Assembly (NCBI GenBank): GCA_032128875.1
Contig: JAVLKG010000002.1
Span: 768,001-832,000 of the forward strand
Direction: 5' to 3'
Source of the DNA: Candidatus Melainabacteria bacterium 17Bon1m
GTDB taxonomy: Bacteria > Cyanobacteriota > Vampirovibrionia > Obscuribacterales > Obscuribacteraceae
DNA length: 64,000 bases
How positions within the stretch are numbered: the stretch's first letter is position 1; each line of letters begins with the position of its first letter. A model generated the notes under the pieces. That model did not search any database, was not told the origin of the DNA, and saw nothing but the letters and a program-made list of their open reading frames with translations. Made by a program: the position numbers and the translations under genes. Below, one piece after another: positions 59,379 through 64,000 of this stretch.

Positions 59379-61514
59379 ATGGAATGCAACGACGGTTTTG
59401 AGATAAAGGTTGGCGAAACGTGTGTGCCGGCGCTTTTGTTTGACCCGCAGCTGATGTGCCGAGTAGAGGAGGCGGACAAACGCCCTTCGCCGTTTCTCCC
59501 AAGCTGTCAAATTGTGGAAACTTGCTCTCCTTCTACAGCTGCTAATCAGTGCACGCAGATAGTACCCGAGCGCAATAATGCAGAATGCACCGTAAAAGAA
59601 TCTTCGGATACTTGGGGCAGAAAGCGTGTTGATGAGACTAACTGCGGTCAATCTCAGCCGTACAAAATTACGATCACGCCGCCAGGCAGCAAGCCGATCG
59701 AGTTTAATTTTAACGGCGAGGAGTATCGTGCTCCGTATAAGAATGAGAAAGGCGAGAACATCGGATACATCGCATATTCCTTGCCTAAGGAATACATCTA
59801 CTACCATAACGATAAAGCGAAAACATCATTTCTCGACATGAAAGACGGTACGCATGTAGTAAAGAAAATTCGCTCTGACTCGGATTATGTCACTACATTT
59901 ACTCATGACGGAAAAACGTTTTTTACTCAAAAGGCGTCCTCTAAAGGCAGAACAGATATGGCGACTTATGCCGATGGAAGTGTTCGCGTTGCACAATACG
60001 ACGGTGACGAGAAACTGACGAAGCAGACGATTACGCACAAGGACGGAACAGTAACTTCACTTGTCAGAGCGAAAGATGGATCTCTTGAAGGCACGCGCAG
60101 AGATAAGCACAATAGAGTTATCGAGGATGTCGTGATGGTCTCCGACTATCCGATGCACAAGCCGGGAAGCGATGATCCAGATGCAGATTATCTGGTCTTT
60201 CGTAATCGCAAAGACGGAGAAATGAGAGCTGTCGCGATGCCGACTGATATCAAATACGACCGCAATGCGCAGTTTCAACCGCTTTCTTACGATTCTAACC
60301 TTGGCACCTTGTCGCTGGTAAACAAAGACGGCAATACGATAGTTGAGTCCAGTCAAGGACGGACCGAAGTGCGTGCAAAGAACGGCACTGTTATTGGTTC
60401 GACAGTCAGCGGCGAATTGTCCTTTTCTTGGCCGGATGGAGATGCCAGCGGAAAGAAAGCATTGGTCGTTCGACCGGATCTTTGTGGCGCGCAATTGAAT
60501 CAAGATGATACTGTTGATCGCTGGTGTCGTGAAATTGAAGATAAAGCGCTCAATGAAAAATTGGAGCCTACGGAAAAGGCGTTTCTGAAGGCGCATGCCG
60601 ACGTAGTCGACACTCGGGACTTCCTAGAAATTCACCGTCGTTTTCGTGGCGACGAAACTAAACTGCGCAATTTCTATTCCAAGTTGTCTGAAATAGATAC
60701 GGTTACAGGATTGAGTCAGAAAGAGAAGAATGCACTCTGCAAAAATCTGATGCATCATGTTGCTCACCCTGAGGAAGTAGTGCAAGGACGTTCTCCAACG
60801 TGCAACGTCGCTGTACTGCAGATCGAGATGGCAAAAGAGCGTCCGACTGAATATGCGGATTTTGTGATTGATGCACTTAAGGCAGATGGAAAACCTTATA
60901 AGGCGATTGGTGGCAAGACTGTTCGTTTTGACGAAGCCAATCTGAAGATGACCGACTTGAGTGGTAGAGACCTTGCCAGTCGTGTATTCCAAACTGCCGC
61001 ACTGCAACTAAATTTCTATCCAGGCGTATTCAAAAACACCGTTGATGGCACGGGCAAGCATGGGCGCGCACAAAAGGAATTTGATGGTCTCAACACCGCA
61101 AATATCGCTGAGCTTCGTTATCAGCTGACCGGCGAAGAAACCGGTGAATGCTGGATTTCATCAGCAGAGGATTTGGAAAAGGCATTGCAGGTAAATGGTG
61201 GCAAACCCGTTGTTATCCGAGTGAACGGAGACCAACCTCCGTTTACCAAAGAGGAAGACAAATCCGACAAAAAAGGTTCCGGCTCTCACGTCGTTATTTT
61301 GAATAGCGTTGAAAGTGGAACACCCAAGCAAGCAAAAATCAGCAATCCATGGGGACCAAAAGCCGGTCCGGACGGCAATGGCTTGACCATGTCGATTGAC
61401 GATCTCTTCAAAAATATGCAGTTTGATACTGAAACAGAATTTGGCATATTGCTCTTGCCAGGAAAGCGCGGAACAACCGGCACAATCGTCAATGGAAAAT
61501 ATGAGCCGCTTTAA
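59379..61514 (+). CDS. Large protein with C-terminal papain/calpain-like cysteine protease domain
   Basis: QGRSPTC (Cys), SHVV (His), SNPWG (Asn); beta-rich repeats in the middle; Cys-rich N-terminus. Confidence 0.7.
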   Translation: MECNDGFEIKVGETCVPALLFDPQLMCRVEEADKRPSPFLPSCQIVETCSPSTAANQCTQIVPERNNAECTVKESSDTWGRKRVDETNCGQSQPYKITITPPGSKPIEFNFNGEEYRAPYKNEKGENIGYIAYSLPKEYIYYHNDKAKTSFLDMKDGTHVVKKIRSDSDYVTTFTHDGKTFFTQKASSKGRTDMATYADGSVRVAQYDGDEKLTKQTITHKDGTVTSLVRAKDGSLEGTRRDKHNRVIEDVVMVSDYPMHKPGSDDPDADYLVFRNRKDGEMRAVAMPTDIKYDRNAQFQPLSYDSNLGTLSLVNKDGNTIVESSQGRTEVRAKNGTVIGSTVSGELSFSWPDGDASGKKALVVRPDLCGAQLNQDDTVDRWCREIEDKALNEKLEPTEKAFLKAHADVVDTRDFLEIHRRFRGDETKLRNFYSKLSEIDTVTGLSQKEKNALCKNLMHHVAHPEEVVQGRSPTCNVAVLQIEMAKERPTEYADFVIDALKADGKPYKAIGGKTVRFDEANLKMTDLSGRDLASRVFQTAALQLNFYPGVFKNTVDGTGKHGRAQKEFDGLNTANIAELRYQLTGEETGECWISSAEDLEKALQVNGGKPVVIRVNGDQPPFTKEEDKSDKKGSGSHVVILNSVESGTPKQAKISNPWGPKAGPDGNGLTMSIDDLFKNMQFDTETEFGILLLPGKRGTTGTIVNGKYEPL

Positions 61515-61520
61515 CTGAAT

Positions 61521-61554
61521 TGTCATCAAATTGTAACTCTTAGGCTCATATACT
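61521..61554 (+). promoter_or_regulatory. Second OmpR/PhoB-type box plus -10 element
   Basis: TGTCAT-N5-TGTAAC (61521-61537), then 11 bp, then TATACT. Confidence 0.65.
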
Positions 61555-61560
61555 CAATAC

Positions 61561-61755
61561 ATCAGAGGCGCATGCACTGCGGTGTTTGCTTCACTGATGA
61601 CGATGCGGTTCTCACCGCCCCTTTGAAGAAACGCCAATTCTCAAGGAATAAAACATTCGGCAGAGCGGTTTGCCTGCGAACACATCGCTTTGCCGAATTA
61701 CCAAATTTTTGTACGGGACAGCCGAGAAAGGAGGGTTTAACAACCCTCCTTTCGC
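61561..61755 (+). ncRNA. Candidate structured small RNA of about 190 nt
   Basis: Own promoter, hairpins GCGGT/ACCGC and ATTCGGCAGAGCG/CGCTTTGCCGAAT, terminal 12-bp hairpin. Confidence 0.4.
61726..61753. terminator. Strong hairpin between convergent units (likely bidirectional terminator)
   Basis: GAAAGGAGGGTT-TAAC-AACCCTCCTTTC. Confidence 0.75.
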
Positions 61756-61796
61756 CATGGTGATGATAGTGGAAGCTCTGATTCCAATTTGGGCCG

Positions 61797-62978
61797 CTAC
61801 GATACGGCTGATTCCAAATAAGTCAGCGTACCCTTGCCAGCGTCCAGCCTGACTCGTACGCCAATTGGTGCTGTTAACGACCTGGCTGATTGACCAAGCG
61901 GCATTCCGAAACAACACGGCTTGTTCACAACTTTCATTCTGTCGCCGAAAAGATCTTCTATCGAGTACATGTTGAAGCATTCTTCCGTGCGGCAGTTCTC
62001 GAAGTCTCCCAGAGCGACCGCTGAGGCGTCGTTGAGTGCACCGGCAAGATATAGGTTGGTAAACCAGCGATCAAGTATGCCGTGATCTTCGTTTATGTCT
62101 TCCAAAAACAAAACCGCGTTCTTAAATGATGGCTGATATGGAGTGCCCATGAGAGAACCCAGAGCGGTCAAGTTTCCGCCCAGGAGAGGTCCTTCGGCTG
62201 CACCGTCTACTGCAGCGTACGAATATGCGATTTGAAATTTGTCGTCGGGAATGCGTGCCTTTGATTTTGAGGAACCATCGAACGCTGATTCTAAGGCCCA
62301 ATAGTTTGACTGCACTGCCGGCAAATTCTCTTTGGAGGTGACTGCCAGCTTCATTGCATCAAAGGATTGTTGGCTGGAAATTCGATCCATATTTGGCGCG
62401 TGAAACGTAACCACCCCTGTCATCGCATGAGCAGCGAGAAGAATATGGCAGTTGTCGTCGCTTCCGGCAATTACCTTGGGGTTTCTCTTCAGCAGTTCCC
62501 AATTGATTTTGTCAACCAAATGCAAGGCGCCATAACCGCCTGTAATGCAGAAAATACCGGCGATACTGTCGTCGCTGAGCGCATCACTAAAATCAGACAA
62601 GCGTTCGTCATCGGTGCCAGCCATTGCGCCATAAATCTTCAAAACGTTTTTGCCAACTACCGGTTTGAATCCCATTTTCTCAACGATTGCTCTAGCTCTG
62701 TTTACTGCAGCCGGATTGTGAGGGCGTCCACTAGGTGAAAGGAGAGCAACTTTGTCGCCTGTCTTCAACGCCTTGGGTTTGATTGCGCGTTGGGCTTGTG
62801 ATTTTGATGCAATGGTGGCATTTTCTTCTTTGCCCGCAGTTTTTCCTTGTGCCACCTTATTCATTCCTTGTGAAAAAATTGTCGCTGATATTAGTGCCTT
62901 AGTGCCGCTGTGAATCAGACTTCGCCTGGACAGCAGTTTATGAGTATTTGTGTTTTCGGGGCCGGCTCTGTGAGACAC
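61797..62978 (-). CDS. S66 LD-carboxypeptidase homolog with Tat signal and degenerate catalytic triad
   Basis: SRRSLI Tat motif; AGTDDER, GGNL, FLED. GYSD reads GSDD and FGH reads LGQ. Confidence 0.88.
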   Translation of the reverse strand: MSHRAGPENTNTHKLLSRRSLIHSGTKALISATIFSQGMNKVAQGKTAGKEENATIASKSQAQRAIKPKALKTGDKVALLSPSGRPHNPAAVNRARAIVEKMGFKPVVGKNVLKIYGAMAGTDDERLSDFSDALSDDSIAGIFCITGGYGALHLVDKINWELLKRNPKVIAGSDDNCHILLAAHAMTGVVTFHAPNMDRISSQQSFDAMKLAVTSKENLPAVQSNYWALESAFDGSSKSKARIPDDKFQIAYSYAAVDGAAEGPLLGGNLTALGSLMGTPYQPSFKNAVLFLEDINEDHGILDRWFTNLYLAGALNDASAVALGDFENCRTEECFNMYSIEDLFGDRMKVVNKPCCFGMPLGQSARSLTAPIGVRVRLDAGKGTLTYLESAVS

Positions 62979-62990
62979 TTCTCGTTACCC

Positions 62991-64000
62991 TTAAAGAGTT
63001 GCGCTCTCTTCGATTTTGAATCGAACACCATTATCCGTTGCCTCAAGGGATGCCATCACCCCTAGTGGTATGGTGAATTTTTCTTTGCTGTGACCAAAAC
63101 GCAGTCCATAGATAACAGGTATTCCTAGCCCGCTGAGACGCTGCTCGAGGATTCGATCTAGGCTGAAATTGAGCGGAAAACTGTTTCTTCCGCTGCCGCC
63201 GGGATTGCAATTGGTGCATTCTCCTACAACAATTCCGGCTGCCTTTTCCAGCTTTCCTGCCAGGTGAAGCTGATAAAGCATGCGATCGATTTCGTGAGGT
63301 TCTGCGTCCAGATCTTCAAGGAACAATATCTTTCCTTCCGTATCAATTTCATATGGCGTGCCCATCAACTGCCGAATAAGCGTCATGCAGCCGCCGGTCA
63401 ATCGCCCGCGCGCTTTTCCTTTAGCAATGACAAAGCGTGTGGGCGGACCTTCCGGATTCCAGAGTTCCTTTTCTTCCTTGTCCGTGACCACTCCGATCGG
63501 CTTGTTGTTCATCACCGCTTTTAGATAATTGTGATAGGTGTAAGAACCTTCAAAGAAGCCGCCCATCATTGGTCCGTGAAAAGTTACGAGTCCTGTCTTC
63601 TGATGAATTGCGATAAGAAAAGAAGTGATGTCTGAGTAGCCGACTATTATCTTCGGGTTTTTTGCTATCAAGTCATAATCGATCCCGTTGAGTAGTCTTG
63701 CGGCTCCATTTCCGCCGCGCATCGGCATCACAGCTTTGACTTCAGGATCAGCCCACATGGCGTTGAAGTCGGCGATTCGATTCTCGTCACTTCCTGCAAA
63801 GTCACTATAACTGTCGAACAGATGCTTGCCGACCTTATACTTGAGCCCTACTTTTTTCAGCCACTGGTAAGTGTATTCAATCTCTGATTCGTTTTCTAAG
63901 GGGCTGGCTGGCGCGACAATGCCTACAGTGTCGCCTTTTACCAAGTGTTTTGGTTTTATGATGTTGGCTGCACTGGATGTCGGCATTCCATTTTTTTGCT
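62991..64000 (-). CDS. S66 LD-carboxypeptidase (muramoyltetrapeptide carboxypeptidase family); frame open to the right edge
   Basis: RGGNG, GYSDIT, TFHGP, FLED, FGHS all intact. Confidence 0.92.
   Translation of the reverse strand, partial: QKNGMPTSSAANIIKPKHLVKGDTVGIVAPASPLENESEIEYTYQWLKKVGLKYKVGKHLFDSYSDFAGSDENRIADFNAMWADPEVKAVMPMRGGNGAARLLNGIDYDLIAKNPKIIVGYSDITSFLIAIHQKTGLVTFHGPMMGGFFEGSYTYHNYLKAVMNNKPIGVVTDKEEKELWNPEGPPTRFVIAKGKARGRLTGGCMTLIRQLMGTPYEIDTEGKILFLEDLDAEPHEIDRMLYQLHLAGKLEKAAGIVVGECTNCNPGGSGRNSFPLNFSLDRILEQRLSGLGIPVIYGLRFGHSKEKFTIPLGVMASLEATDNGVRFKIEESATL

Overview
A gene-dense bacterial chromosomal window. The gene content (many PAS/GAF kinases, a REC-Ser/Thr kinase fusion, SLH and TPR proteins, GTP-type PEPCK, large orphan proteins) suggests a non-photosynthetic Cyanobacteriota relative (Vampirovibrionia/Melainabacteria), but this is only an inference. 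Recognisable genes include a TetR-EmrB-EmrA efflux operon, citrate synthase, PEPCK, a TonB/Zur/TonB-dependent receptor/MerC-like locus with two operator palindromes, a K+ transport protein, OppD, Nnr, an OmpR-family two-component pair, two S66 LD-carboxypeptidases and a tRNA-Val(TAC). Four observations stand out. (1) An outer-membrane beta-barrel gene has its signal peptide separated from the body by one in-frame TGA followed by a SECIS-like hairpin, making it a candidate selenoprotein (7261-8394). (2) A decayed island of about 12 kb runs from an unannotated integrase remnant (30601-30890) to tRNA-Val. It carries arm-site-like GTTGGGA repeats, short orphan genes, and stand-alone FtsH-periplasmic-like and Clp-N domains. 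(3) Four copies of a 30-bp palindrome bracket the two-component pair. Downstream, two matching OmpR/Pho-box promoters precede a papain-like protease gene and a candidate structured sRNA. (4) The two S66 peptidases form an apparently active plus pseudo-enzyme pair. All family calls come from reading motifs by eye; no searches were run.
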